DNA from: Peptococcia bacterium | GTDB lineage: Bacteria > Bacillota > Peptococcia > DRI-13 > DTU073 | DNA length: 64,000 bases | Reading direction: 5' to 3' | Assembly (NCBI GenBank): GCA_050951605.1 | Contig: JBMNJJ010000002.1 | Coordinates: 494,661-558,660 of the forward strand | In this document: one piece after another, positions 28,320 to 37,617 of the stretch | Position numbering within the stretch: the stretch's first letter is position 1 | How the letters are laid out: every line of letters begins with the position of its first letter | Translations under genes and position numbers: made by a program | The notes under the pieces: generated by a model | What the model was told of the DNA's origin: nothing | What the model saw: the letters and a program-made list of their open reading frames with translations, nothing else | Databases searched by the model: none

Positions 28320-29072
28320 TTGGTTTGCCGGGTTGGTAATAATCTAGGAAAGATGATGGTTGTTTTAAAAGATTTTGATTGTTTACTTTTACGTCCTGGA
28401 CAAGTTTTTACCGGTATTGTAGTTTCTCAAGTTAATGCTGGAAAACAATATGTATTAAAAACAGGAGAAAACTTAATACAGGTTCATTCTGAAAAACCTT
28501 TGCAAATAGGGCAAAAGATTAGGCTACATGTTTTAGGATTTGAAGGAAAGAACTTGTTAGTAGAAAAACTTTCCGGGACTATGGAACAAGAGGAAAGTAA
28601 AAAGGCAAAAGTTATAGCTAGAGCTATAGAAAAGTATGGGGTTAAGGGAGAAAAAGAGGCTACTGTAATTAAAGATACTTTACGAAAACTTCCTATTGCT
28701 GAAGACACAGCTATTCGTTATTTGCTTGATCCACATCTTTGGGCGGCTTTGCTTCTTCCTACAAAAAAGGGAGAAGATATTTATAATAAATTAGAAATAT
28801 CTAAGTATAGTGGTGTAATAATAGAAGAGGATTTTTGGGAAGTTAATTTAGAGTTACAGCTTTCTATTCTCGGAAAGATTGAAGTAAAAGTTAAAATGCA
28901 GGGTGAAAATTTGTATGCGCAAATTTGGGCAGATTCCGGGGAGACAGAGAATGTTTTGCAGAAGCAAAAAAAAGAGTTGGAAAAGTTTTGTACAAGTGTA
29001 GAGATCTTTCCTTTTGAGGAAGGACCTTTACTTATTACTAATCATTTAGATAATATTGATTTAATGGTGTGA
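28320..29072 (+). CDS. FliK-like (hook-length-control C-terminal domain-like) protein
   Basis: C-terminal LGKIEVKVKMQGENLYAQIWADSGETENVLQKQKKELEKF resembles the Flg_hook domain. Translationally coupled to the FlhB-C-like gene. Confidence 0.45.
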   Translation: MVCRVGNNLGKMMVVLKDFDCLLLRPGQVFTGIVVSQVNAGKQYVLKTGENLIQVHSEKPLQIGQKIRLHVLGFEGKNLLVEKLSGTMEQEESKKAKVIARAIEKYGVKGEKEATVIKDTLRKLPIAEDTAIRYLLDPHLWAALLLPTKKGEDIYNKLEISKYSGVIIEEDFWEVNLELQLSILGKIEVKVKMQGENLYAQIWADSGETENVLQKQKKELEKFCTSVEIFPFEEGPLLITNHLDNIDLMV

Positions 29073-29347
29073 GGGAAATGAAAAAGAGGAAAAAGGCCGC
29101 AGCTTTAAAATATGACTTGGAGCAAAAAGAAGGCGTTCCACGTCTTATTGCTGTTGGAGATGGTTATGTAGCGGAAAAAATTATTGAGGTAGCGAAAAAA
29201 GAAAAGATTCCTCTTGTTGAAGATGTAGAAGTGGTAAATAAACTTGTACCTCTTCCGGTTGGTGCTGAAATTCCGGAGAACCTTTATGAGGCTGTCGCGA
29301 GAATTCTTATTTTTATTTATAAGTTAGAACAAGAAGCCGGAAATTAA
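29069..29347 (+). CDS. FlhB C-terminal-domain-like protein (EscU/YscU/HrcU family, YlqH-like)
   Basis: AAALKYD...PRLIAVGDGYVAEKIIEVAKKEKIPLVEDVEVVNKL......IPENLYEAVARILIFIY matches the family. The start may instead be ATG 29078. Confidence 0.8.
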   Translation: MREMKKRKKAAALKYDLEQKEGVPRLIAVGDGYVAEKIIEVAKKEKIPLVEDVEVVNKLVPLPVGAEIPENLYEAVARILIFIYKLEQEAGN

Positions 29348-29352
29348 GTTTA

Positions 29353-29508
29353 TTATTTAAGTCGGGGTGAGTTAACAGTTTGCGAGTTGTTTGTGTTAGT
29401 TTTAGAGCTGTCATCAAGATAATTATCTTGTTGAGTCATGCTTTTCCCACAGCAGAAATCAGGGAGTTTAGCGTTTCTGCTACAGGATGAACAGAAATAG
29501 CCAGCCAT
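29353..29508 (-). CDS. unannotated small Cys-rich ORF (51 aa)
   Basis: AGGAGGTGA lies 9 nt upstream of the ATG. Translation is MAGYFCSSCSRNAKLPDFCCGKSMTQQDNYLDDSSKTNTNNSQTVNSPRLK*. It is below the track length cutoff. Confidence 0.35.
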   Translation of the reverse strand: MAGYFCSSCSRNAKLPDFCCGKSMTQQDNYLDDSSKTNTNNSQTVNSPRLK

Positions 29509-29596
29509 TTAAGTTCACCTCCTGTCAATACTTGGTTATTTATAGTTTGACCAAGATGCTAGAAAATATTATTAAAAAAAGAAACAGGTGATTTAG

Positions 29597-30058
29597 TTGT
29601 TTCATATTGTCTTAATTGAACCAGAAATTCCGGCTAATACGGGAAATATTGCTCGGACATGTGCAGTGACAGGATGTAGTTTGCATCTCGTGGAACCCTT
29701 AGGGTTTTCGCTTGAGGATAAGTATTTAAAAAGAGCAGGTTTGGATTATTGGTCTTTGTTGGATATCCACTTGTATAAAAATCTAGAAGAATTTTTACAA
29801 GGCAAAGACCCTAGTCTTTTATTTTTAGCTACAAAAAAAGGAAAGAAAAGTTATACTGAAGTTAGATTCCCGGATGGAGCGTATCTTCTTTTTGGCAAGG
29901 AAACTCACGGTTTGCCGGAAAGTTTACTACAAGCTTATCCTCAGCAGTGTTTGCGGATACCAATGAGAGAAGGAATTAGGTCACTTAATTTAAGTAATTC
30001 TGTAGCGATTTTTGTTTATGAAGCTTTTCGACAACATCATTTTCAAGGATTATTATAA
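29597..30058 (+). CDS. trmL: tRNA (cytidine/uridine-2'-O)-methyltransferase TrmL (SpoU/TrmH family)
   Basis: IVLIEPEIPANTGNIARTC and C-terminal knot region RIPM...IRSLNLSNSVAI. About 153 aa. Confidence 0.85.
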   Translation: MFHIVLIEPEIPANTGNIARTCAVTGCSLHLVEPLGFSLEDKYLKRAGLDYWSLLDIHLYKNLEEFLQGKDPSLLFLATKKGKKSYTEVRFPDGAYLLFGKETHGLPESLLQAYPQQCLRIPMREGIRSLNLSNSVAIFVYEAFRQHHFQGLL

Positions 30059-30065
30059 AAAATAC

Positions 30066-30095
30066 AATAAAAAAACTCCTGCCTTTTAGCAGGAG
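30066..30095 (-). terminator. terminator for the minus-strand tRNA-Arg
   Basis: ctcctgc / gcaggag stem. On the - strand it is followed by T7 (the A-run 30069-30075). Confidence 0.6.
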
Positions 30096-30109
30096 CATGT
30101 TTGTAATTT

Positions 30110-30184
30110 TGGCACGCCCGATAGGAATCGAACCTACGCACCTGGCTCCGGAGGCCAGTGCTCTATCCACTGAGCTACGGGCGT
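30110..30184 (-). tRNA. tRNA-Arg (anticodon CCG)
   Basis: The reverse complement folds as acceptor acgcccg/cgggcgt, anticodon arm ctggc-ctCCGga-gccag, encoded CCA. Confidence 0.9.
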
Positions 30185-30206
30185 TTATAGAATAAGAACA
30201 TTTTAA

Positions 30207-30235
30207 ATTATATCTTAAAACAAGAAAAAAGTCAA
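30207..30235 (-). promoter_or_regulatory. consensus sigma-A promoter for tRNA-Arg
   Basis: On the - strand: TTGACT, 17 nt, TATAAT. Confidence 0.6.
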
Positions 30236-30374
30236 AGAAATTGCTGGTAAAAAAGAACATCACAAAATTTTTTTGTTCTAAACTGTCAACTCCAAATAAC
30301 TAGGAAAAACAGGATAAATCTGTTAAACTATCATTAAATAACTAATTTTATTTTCATTAGGAGGTAAAAGGTTA

Positions 30375-31622
30375 ATGTCTAGGGAATCTTGTATTCGGGA
30401 CCTTGCTTTAGCACCAAAAGGAGAGGCGAAAATTAGTTGGGTGCGTAATTATATGCCGGTATTAAATGAAATAAGAACTAATTTTTTAAAAGAGAAACCA
30501 TTTAAAGGAAAAAAGGTAGCGCTATGTTTGCATTTAGAAGCAAAAACGGGGTATCTAGCTCTTGTTTTACAAGCTGGGGGAGCTGAAGTAACAGTTGTTG
30601 CTTCTAATCCTTTGTCTACTCAAGATGATGTAGTTGCGGCATTAGTAAAGCAGGGGATTAGGGCTTTTGCTTGGCATGGTGCGACGAGAGAAGAATATGA
30701 GCAACATCATCGTCAGGTTTTGGAGTTAAAACCTAACTTGTTGATTGATGACGGTGGGGATTTGCTTACTCTTTTACATACAGAATATCCACAATTACTT
30801 TCTGAGATAATTGGCGGATGTGAAGAAACGACTACGGGAATTATTCGACTGAAGGCAATGGAGAAAGCCGGGATTTTAAAAATACCGATTATCTCTGTTA
30901 ATGATGCTCTAATGAAACATCTTTTTGACAATCGTTATGGTACCGGTCAGTCTGTATGGGATGGGATTAATGGGACAACTAATTTATTAGTGGCGGGTAA
31001 AAATGTTGTTGTAGCAGGTTATGGGTGGTGTGGTCGTGGTGTAGCTATGAGGGCAAAGGGATTAGGAGCAAAAGTTATTGTTACTGAAGTTAATCCAGTA
31101 CGGGCTAATGAGGCTTTGTTAGATGGTTTTGCTGTTATGCCTATGCTTGAGGCTGCTGTTTTAGGTCATGTGTTTGTGACGGTGACGGGAAATAAAAATG
31201 TTTTGCGTCAAGAGCATTTTAATTTAATGCGGGATGGTGCTATCTTGGCCAATTCCGGTCATTTTGATGTTGAAATAAATAAGTCTGATTTGAAGAAGGT
31301 ATCAGTAGCTAATAAAATTATTAAACCAAATATTGAAGAGTTTACTTTGCCGGATGGGCGTAAATTGTTTTTGTTAGCAGAAGGAAGATTAGTTAATTTA
31401 GTTTCAGGTAGTGGTCATCCTGTAGAAATTATGGATTTATCTTTTGCTTTACAAGCTTTATCTCTGGCTTATCTTGTTCATAATTCTGCTCAGCTTTCGC
31501 CTGGCATTAATACTGTTCCAGAAGAAATTGATTATAAGGTGGCTACTTTAAGACTGAAGGCTTTAGGTTGTGAAATTGATCGTTTTACAGAAGAGCAGGA
31601 GCAATATTTGAATGCTTGGTAA
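30375..31622 (+). CDS. ahcY: adenosylhomocysteinase
   Basis: 415 aa, colinear with short-form AdoHcyase (EETTTG, DNRYGTGQS, GYGWCGRG NAD site). Confidence 0.95.
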   Translation: MSRESCIRDLALAPKGEAKISWVRNYMPVLNEIRTNFLKEKPFKGKKVALCLHLEAKTGYLALVLQAGGAEVTVVASNPLSTQDDVVAALVKQGIRAFAWHGATREEYEQHHRQVLELKPNLLIDDGGDLLTLLHTEYPQLLSEIIGGCEETTTGIIRLKAMEKAGILKIPIISVNDALMKHLFDNRYGTGQSVWDGINGTTNLLVAGKNVVVAGYGWCGRGVAMRAKGLGAKVIVTEVNPVRANEALLDGFAVMPMLEAAVLGHVFVTVTGNKNVLRQEHFNLMRDGAILANSGHFDVEINKSDLKKVSVANKIIKPNIEEFTLPDGRKLFLLAEGRLVNLVSGSGHPVEIMDLSFALQALSLAYLVHNSAQLSPGINTVPEEIDYKVATLRLKALGCEIDRFTEEQEQYLNAW

Positions 31623-31665
31623 ATAACTCTAATTAAGGGGAATCTTGTATTTGTGGGTGAAAACA

Positions 31666-34443
31666 ATGACCTTTGCTTGGCTTTTTCTTGATTTGGAGAC
31701 AACAGGACTAGATTATCAGCAGGACCATGTTCTGGAGGTTGCGTTAATAAATTATCAGAATAATGGGGTGCGAGAAGTGTTTGAAACATTAGTTAATCCT
31801 GGTGTTTCTGTACCACCACATATTACTTCTCTAACCGGGATAAATGACGTGATGTTGGCAAAGGCTCCTACATCGGAAGAAGTAGCTGCTCAGTTAAGAC
31901 CATTACTTGCCGGTAAGGTAATGGTAGCACACAATGCTTCTTTTGATTCGGGGTTTTTACAGGCATTAGTGGGTTCACTGTCTAATAAATGGATAGATAC
32001 GCTCCAACTTACTAAAATAATTTTTCCTAGATTGCCTTCATATAGTTTACGTTATTTAATAAAGAGATTTTCTTTAACTAGCTCTCCGAAACATAGGGCT
32101 TATGCTGATACCTTGGCTTTAGAAGAATTATTTTTTTATTTACAGGAAGAGGCTTATAAATTATCATTGCAGGAAATACAAAATATTTATTATTTTCTAC
32201 AGGATGAAGAACAAGGATTGTCTTTCTTTTTCGAGAACATTCTTCAAGAAAAAATCAAAAACTTTAATTTTGATCAATCGCTGACTGTGCCACAGTTAGA
32301 GCAAAAAGAGGACGAGGGAAATCTTGAGCGAGAATCTTTAATCTGGGTACCGGAAGAATTGGTGAAAATGTTTTACCCCGGTGGTAGTATTGCTCAAGGT
32401 TTTACAGTATATGAACAACGGTCAGAACAAATAAAAATGATGAAGGCGGTGACCAAAGCTTTTAGTCAAAAGCGTTTTCTTGTTGTTGAAGCAGGTACAG
32501 GGGTGGGTAAATCGTTGGCGTATCTTGTCCCCGCATTAGCTTGGGCAGTATCTCAACGAGAAAAAGTTGTGGTTGCTACTCATACGATTGCTTTACAGGA
32601 GCAACTTTGGCATAGTGACATCCGTTTTTTACAGCAGAATCTTCCTTTTAAGTTTAAGGCGGTAGTGTTAAAGGGGAGAAATAATTATTTTTGTTTGTAT
32701 AAATGGAAAACTCTTCAAGATAGTGTTTCTACATTAAGTTGGTCAGAAAAGGTTTTTATGGCACGTTTAGGACATTGGTTGGTGAGAGAAAAAACGGGGG
32801 ATAAAGATACGATAACGCTTCGTGGTTGGGAAACAGAAATGTTTTCACAGCTTTCCTCAAATAAAGAAAACTGTTTAGGGGGACAGTGTCCTTTTTTTAA
32901 TGACTGTTTTTATCAAAATGCAAGAAAAAAGGCTCAAGCAGCTGATTTGATTATTGTTAATCATTCTTTACTCCTTTCTAATGTCAAAACAGGTGATGCT
33001 CTTCTTCCGGAGTATCATTATTTAATTATTGATGAAGGTCATCATTTAGAAGATGAGGGGACTAAGCAATTTACGGAAACTTTTTCTTTGCGGGAATTTC
33101 AGAAAAAGGTAACACAGTTGAGAAAGAAAAAAGATGGTTTCAGAAAACCGGGGCTTGTCTATATCTGGAGTAATTATCTGCACTTACCTCCGGAAGTTTT
33201 ACTTGATGTAAAGAAGATTATTGCTGACGTTGATAAATGTAGCCTGTTAACTAATGAAAAAATTGATGTAATTTTACAAAATACTGGTACTTTGCCTAGT
33301 AAGACGATTAGAATTAATGAACAAGTTTATCAGCAAAAATGGTGGGAAAACTTAACAATACTTTTTGAAAACCTTTTTGTAGTTGGTACTGATTTGTTAA
33401 GTTTTTTAACACAGCTTTATAACAGACTTGAAGGAGATTGTTCGGAATTAATAGGGGAAGATTCTTTAAAAGATTTGCGAACTTATATAGGTGAGATTAA
33501 ATCAGACTTAGAATTAGGAGAAAAGTTTTTCCATACTCTAGAAGAAGAATATGTTTATTGGTTAGAATTAAAAGTGGTGCCCCGGGAACTTTTATTACAT
33601 ATAACTCCTGTAAATATTGCCGACCTTTGTCGAGATTTTCTTTTTGCGAACTTAATGACGACAGTTTTGACTTCTGCGACTTTAAGTGTAGCTGAGAATT
33701 TTGATTTTTTGATTGAACGCTTAGGTTTACCTCATGAACTTGTTGATACTCTACAAATACCTTCACCTTTTTTTTATGAGGAACAGTCTCTTCTTTTAAT
33801 TGACAGTAGTCTTCCCGATCCGGCTCGTACTAGGGAAGAGGATTATAATCTTGCTTTAAAGCAAGCTCTTTATACTATACTTCAAGCTACCGGTGGAAGA
33901 ACTTTAGTCCTTTTTACCTCACATAAACAGTTGCAAAACACGTATGATTCTTTAAAGACTCTTTTACAGAAAAAAGGATTAGAGCTTTATGCTGATGGGC
34001 TCGATGGTCATCGCCATGTTTTATTGGCTGAACTAAAAAATAATCCGGCGGCCATTGTTTTTGGGGCTAATACTTTTTGGGAGGGTATTGACCTTCCGGG
34101 TGCTTCCCTTACTGCTGTGATTATGATTAGATTGCCTTTTTGGCCACCTCATCACCCTTTAGTGGAAGCTAGGGTAGAGGCTATGTATAACGAAGGAAAA
34201 AATGGCTTTTTTAATTATAGTTTGCCTCAAGCGGTATTGAGATTTCGGCAAGGTTATGGTAGGCTGATTAGGACTATTGACGATTGGGGGGTAGTGATTG
34301 TTTTAGATAATCGTCTTTTAAAGAAACGTTATGGAAAAGTTTTTCTACAGTCTTTACCACAACAAAATTATTTCGCGGGTAGTACAGAGCAAATTGTAGA
34401 CAAAATTAGGAATTGGTTTAAAAGTTGGGATAAAGACAATTAA
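31666..34443 (+). CDS. dinG: DinG-family helicase with N-terminal DnaQ-like 3'-5' exonuclease domain
   Basis: Exo motif FLDLETTGL..HNASFD. Walker A AGTGVGKS. DEGHHL (DEAH-like) box. ATG 31666 is the preferred start. Confidence 0.85.
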   Translation: MTFAWLFLDLETTGLDYQQDHVLEVALINYQNNGVREVFETLVNPGVSVPPHITSLTGINDVMLAKAPTSEEVAAQLRPLLAGKVMVAHNASFDSGFLQALVGSLSNKWIDTLQLTKIIFPRLPSYSLRYLIKRFSLTSSPKHRAYADTLALEELFFYLQEEAYKLSLQEIQNIYYFLQDEEQGLSFFFENILQEKIKNFNFDQSLTVPQLEQKEDEGNLERESLIWVPEELVKMFYPGGSIAQGFTVYEQRSEQIKMMKAVTKAFSQKRFLVVEAGTGVGKSLAYLVPALAWAVSQREKVVVATHTIALQEQLWHSDIRFLQQNLPFKFKAVVLKGRNNYFCLYKWKTLQDSVSTLSWSEKVFMARLGHWLVREKTGDKDTITLRGWETEMFSQLSSNKENCLGGQCPFFNDCFYQNARKKAQAADLIIVNHSLLLSNVKTGDALLPEYHYLIIDEGHHLEDEGTKQFTETFSLREFQKKVTQLRKKKDGFRKPGLVYIWSNYLHLPPEVLLDVKKIIADVDKCSLLTNEKIDVILQNTGTLPSKTIRINEQVYQQKWWENLTILFENLFVVGTDLLSFLTQLYNRLEGDCSELIGEDSLKDLRTYIGEIKSDLELGEKFFHTLEEEYVYWLELKVVPRELLLHITPVNIADLCRDFLFANLMTTVLTSATLSVAENFDFLIERLGLPHELVDTLQIPSPFFYEEQSLLLIDSSLPDPARTREEDYNLALKQALYTILQATGGRTLVLFTSHKQLQNTYDSLKTLLQKKGLELYADGLDGHRHVLLAELKNNPAAIVFGANTFWEGIDLPGASLTAVIMIRLPFWPPHHPLVEARVEAMYNEGKNGFFNYSLPQAVLRFRQGYGRLIRTIDDWGVVIVLDNRLLKKRYGKVFLQSLPQQNYFAGSTEQIVDKIRNWFKSWDKDN

Positions 34444-34459
34444 GGTGGGAGGGACGTAG

Positions 34460-35119
34460 GTGAAGAGGGATAAGTGGTTAATTGTACCTGATGTTTTACC
34501 GCTATTAATAATTTTTGCAGTTTTGACGATAATTGTATATTTTTTAGGGGGAAGAAAAGTCGCTTTAGTACCTTTGATTTTTCTTTTGTTTATTTTATAT
34601 TTTTTTCGTAATCCCTCCAGAAAGACTATTGCCCAGAGTAATGAAATTGTTTCTCCGGCTGATGGTGTTATTTTGGCTGTGGAAAAAGTTGAGGAAAAAA
34701 ATTATTTGCATAGATCGGCAATTAAAGTAAGTATTTTTTTAAACATTTTTAATGTTCATGTGAATAGAGTACCTATAGCTGGAGTAATTGATTATTTGTG
34801 TTATCATCCGGGGAAATTTATTCCGGCTTTTAAATCACATGCTTCTCAATTAAATGAGCGAAATTATATAGGAATTAAAAGTGAAGATAATCCCGGTTGG
34901 GCTGTTTTGGTTGTTCAAATAACAGGATTCATTGCTCGGCGTATTGTTTGTTGGATAAAAGTAGGGGAAAGGCTTGGGCAAGGAGATTTATTGGGTATGA
35001 TTAAATTTGGTTCTTGTACCGAGTTATATTTGCCGAGTGACTCAACAGTGCTAGTAGAAAAAGGTCAAAAAGTGCGGGGTGGGGAAACAATAATTGGGAG
35101 GTTTGCTGAAAATGAATAA
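34460..35119 (+). CDS. psd: phosphatidylserine decarboxylase proenzyme (short, membrane-anchored type)
   Basis: N-terminal TMs and self-cleavage region GMIKFGSCTELYLP. Confidence 0.85.
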   Translation: MKRDKWLIVPDVLPLLIIFAVLTIIVYFLGGRKVALVPLIFLLFILYFFRNPSRKTIAQSNEIVSPADGVILAVEKVEEKNYLHRSAIKVSIFLNIFNVHVNRVPIAGVIDYLCYHPGKFIPAFKSHASQLNERNYIGIKSEDNPGWAVLVVQITGFIARRIVCWIKVGERLGQGDLLGMIKFGSCTELYLPSDSTVLVEKGQKVRGGETIIGRFAENE

Positions 35120-35615
35120 ACGGATGTTGCCCAATATTGTAACTTTATCTAATCTTATTTTTGGCGTTATCTCTTTGTGGTTAACGATGGAAGAACAATA
35201 CAAAGAGGCTGCGGTGGCTATTTTATTAGCGATGATTTTAGATGGCTTAGATGGAAGATTAGCGAGAAGGTTTGAAGTAACGTCTGATTTTGGTAAGGAA
35301 TTAGATTCTTTGTCGGATTTAGTTTCTTTTGGTGTAGCTCCGGCACTTTTAACTTATGCTAGTGTTTTATATACCTTTAAGTATTTAGGTTTGTGTATCT
35401 CTATAATTTTTGCTTTGTGTGGAGCAATTAGATTAGCTCGCTTTAATGTCTTAAATATCAGTACATATTTTATTGGTATTCCGATAACGTTTGCAGGTCC
35501 ATTATTAGCTTTATTTGTGTTACTATCTAATCGACTTTCTCTTTATTTTTATCCGGTAATAACTATACTGCTCTCCTTTTTAATGATTAGTAAAATTAGG
35601 GTTCCCAAATATTAA
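35112..35615 (+). CDS. pssA: CDP-diacylglycerol--serine O-phosphatidyltransferase
   Basis: CDP-alcohol transferase motif DGLDGRLARRFEVTSDFGKELDSLSD. Overlaps the psd stop. Confidence 0.85.
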   Translation: MNKRMLPNIVTLSNLIFGVISLWLTMEEQYKEAAVAILLAMILDGLDGRLARRFEVTSDFGKELDSLSDLVSFGVAPALLTYASVLYTFKYLGLCISIIFALCGAIRLARFNVLNISTYFIGIPITFAGPLLALFVLLSNRLSLYFYPVITILLSFLMISKIRVPKY

Positions 35616-35738
35616 CAACATATTAGAGAGAGTTAGCTGCGTTTTTCAAAAAACAGTCACCTTTTTGAGTAAAATTAATAAAATAAGTGAAAGGAAAGAA
35701 GTTGGGGATTCTGAATTTATAGAAAGAGGGTGACGGGC

Positions 35739-35816
35739 ATGAAAGATATAAAGGCTTTGTTTTTTATACCTTTACCGCGATTTTTGTCTAGATTATTTAA
35801 AAGAAAAGCTAAATAA
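35739..35816 (+). CDS. unannotated 25-aa ORF, possible SpoVM-like sporulation peptide
   Basis: GAGGGTGA RBS. Translation is MKDIKALFFIPLPRFLSRLFKRKAK*, ending immediately before a strong hairpin terminator. A T-run made indexing ambiguous by 1 nt. Confidence 0.35.
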   Translation: MKDIKALFFIPLPRFLSRLFKRKAK

Positions 35817-35845
35817 AAAAGGAGTGAAAAACACTCCTTTTTTTA
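35815..35845. terminator. bidirectional hairpin terminator
   Basis: A-run, then ggagtg-aaaaa-cactcc, then T-run. Serves the convergent + and - genes. Confidence 0.65.
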
Positions 35846-36238
35846 ATGAGAAATTAAGCCAATACCAATAATTCCGCCTAAAAGGCTGGAAGTTATAGTA
35901 ATAATAGTTTTTTTCAGAAGTAAAGAAAAAGTAAGAAGAGAGGAAGCCGGAAAAAAACAAATGAGGAGAGTTAGAAAAAAATAGGTAAAGCTTACTGCTG
36001 TACTATATAATAAGCCTTTGTGTCCTGCAGTATAAGCGGCGATTGTGGAACCTAGAAACATACTGATAAAAAAAATAAAGGTAGAAATACCGGGTAAGAG
36101 ACTTTCGGAGAGAGGGGTATATTGGAGAAAAAGACCGAAGAGAATACTGAGAATAATAGTTATGGTTATAGACCAAAGCAGTCCTTTTAGAAAAGAAGAG
36201 ACTTGAAAACTTTCTAAAGATGGCAATTTTTCAGTCAT
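35843..36238 (-). CDS. small multi-pass membrane protein (possibly TIGR04086/YrzE-like)
   Basis: Four hydrophobic spans over 131 aa. The family assignment is from memory only. Confidence 0.5.
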   Translation of the reverse strand: MTEKLPSLESFQVSSFLKGLLWSITITIILSILFGLFLQYTPLSESLLPGISTFIFFISMFLGSTIAAYTAGHKGLLYSTAVSFTYFFLTLLICFFPASSLLTFSLLLKKTIITITSSLLGGIIGIGLISH

Positions 36239-36408
36239 CTTATCACCTCCAGAAGCTATTTAACATAACCATATGCCTTTTCTTATAAATTAGAATAAGT
36301 TTCATTAAAGAAATTTTTCAATTTAAAACAAGAAGAGGGAGGAAATGGAAAACGAGTGTAGAAACTAATGGTAAATGGGAAAATATGGTGACAAGGAGAT
36401 GGTGAGTT

Positions 36409-37560
36409 ATGTTAAAATTAATAGTGAGGATGGTCAAAAAAAGGGTATTATATTTGTATTATGTTATGTTTTCGTTTTTATATAGTTTAGGAGGTAATTA
36501 TCAAAAGGCTATTTTTTATTTAAATAAATTTACCAAAAAGGAAAAAGTAAGTAGTGTTATTTGGTGGAAATTGGGGACTTTTTTAGGAATAGAGGGTAAA
36601 TGGGAAGAAGCTCGCAAAGCTTTTTTGCAGGCATTGCGTGATAATAAAAAACATCCTCACTATTTATATTGGCTAGGTAAAGCAGAAGAAAACAGGGGAA
36701 ATATAGATGACGCTGAAAAAATATATGATAAAGTGTTGCAATATAAGTGTAATCATGTTCGGGCTTTTTCCGCTAAAGGTGATTTATTAATGAAGAAAGA
36801 AGACTTTAATAAGGCACTGCAATATTATTATAAATTATTGCAGCTAGATTCAGCTAATGCTGAGATTTATAATAATATTGGATTATGTCAAATGAGGCTT
36901 AATCAGTTGGATTTAGCAGAAAGCTTTTTTAGAAAAGCACTTACTCTAAAATCAAAAGACCCTATAATTGTGTATAATTATGGCATGCTTATGTTAAAGA
37001 AAGGCTGTTATGAAAAAGCTATTGAAATCATGAGTAAGATTATTAATAAAGAGCGGGTAGAAGTTTTTTCTTTTTTAGGATATTGTTATAGTTTATTAGG
37101 TAAACATAAGGAGAGTTTTGTCTTTTATAAAAAAGCTTTACAAATTGCCCCCCATTATCAGGAAAATTTAATCAATTTAGCTTGTACTTATGCTAAAATG
37201 GGAGAGAAAGAAAAAGCGTTAGAAATACTTCAGAAGCTTTTGCGAGTGAATCCTTATGATGTTAATCTTTTAAATAATATTGCTTGGGTTTATGAAAGTT
37301 TAAAGAATTATGGGGAAGCGGAGAAGAATTACTATCGTGGTCTTGCTTTATCTCCTCAAAATCCTAGTTTAATGTATAATTTGATTTGCTGTTTATATAA
37401 GCAGCATAAGTATTGTGAAGCTATGGAAATGATTACTTTATTAAAAAAGATTCCCGAATGGAATAGTAGAGCGTGGTCTTCTTTGGCCCAGATTTATGAA
37501 AAAATGGGTGAAAAAAATCTTGCAGTGGATTGCTATAATAAAGCCTTTGGTTTAAACTAA
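36409..37560 (+). CDS. tetratricopeptide-repeat (TPR) protein
   Basis: About nine or more 34-aa W/Y-L-G-x-A-Y..A...Y..AL...P type repeats. Confidence 0.8.
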   Translation: MLKLIVRMVKKRVLYLYYVMFSFLYSLGGNYQKAIFYLNKFTKKEKVSSVIWWKLGTFLGIEGKWEEARKAFLQALRDNKKHPHYLYWLGKAEENRGNIDDAEKIYDKVLQYKCNHVRAFSAKGDLLMKKEDFNKALQYYYKLLQLDSANAEIYNNIGLCQMRLNQLDLAESFFRKALTLKSKDPIIVYNYGMLMLKKGCYEKAIEIMSKIINKERVEVFSFLGYCYSLLGKHKESFVFYKKALQIAPHYQENLINLACTYAKMGEKEKALEILQKLLRVNPYDVNLLNNIAWVYESLKNYGEAEKNYYRGLALSPQNPSLMYNLICCLYKQHKYCEAMEMITLLKKIPEWNSRAWSSLAQIYEKMGEKNLAVDCYNKAFGLN

Positions 37561-37617
37561 TGTTTAGTCATGTTAGGATATAATTTAAGGGTTGAGGAAA
37601 GAGGGAGTAAACGGGCG

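Noticed and set aside
29985-30263. Track ORF (-) of 92 aa.
   Set aside because: It covers tRNA-Arg(CCG), its promoter and the 3' end of trmL.
30236-30374. SAH/SAM riboswitch upstream of ahcY, and T-box or attenuator leaders upstream of hom (10560-10738) and trpB2 (20416-20541).
   Set aside because: The leaders are short. I could not find the conserved cores (T-box AGGGUGGNACCGCG-like box, SAM-I/SAH helices) or terminator/antiterminator pairs by eye. A covariance-model scan (Rfam/Infernal) would be decisive.
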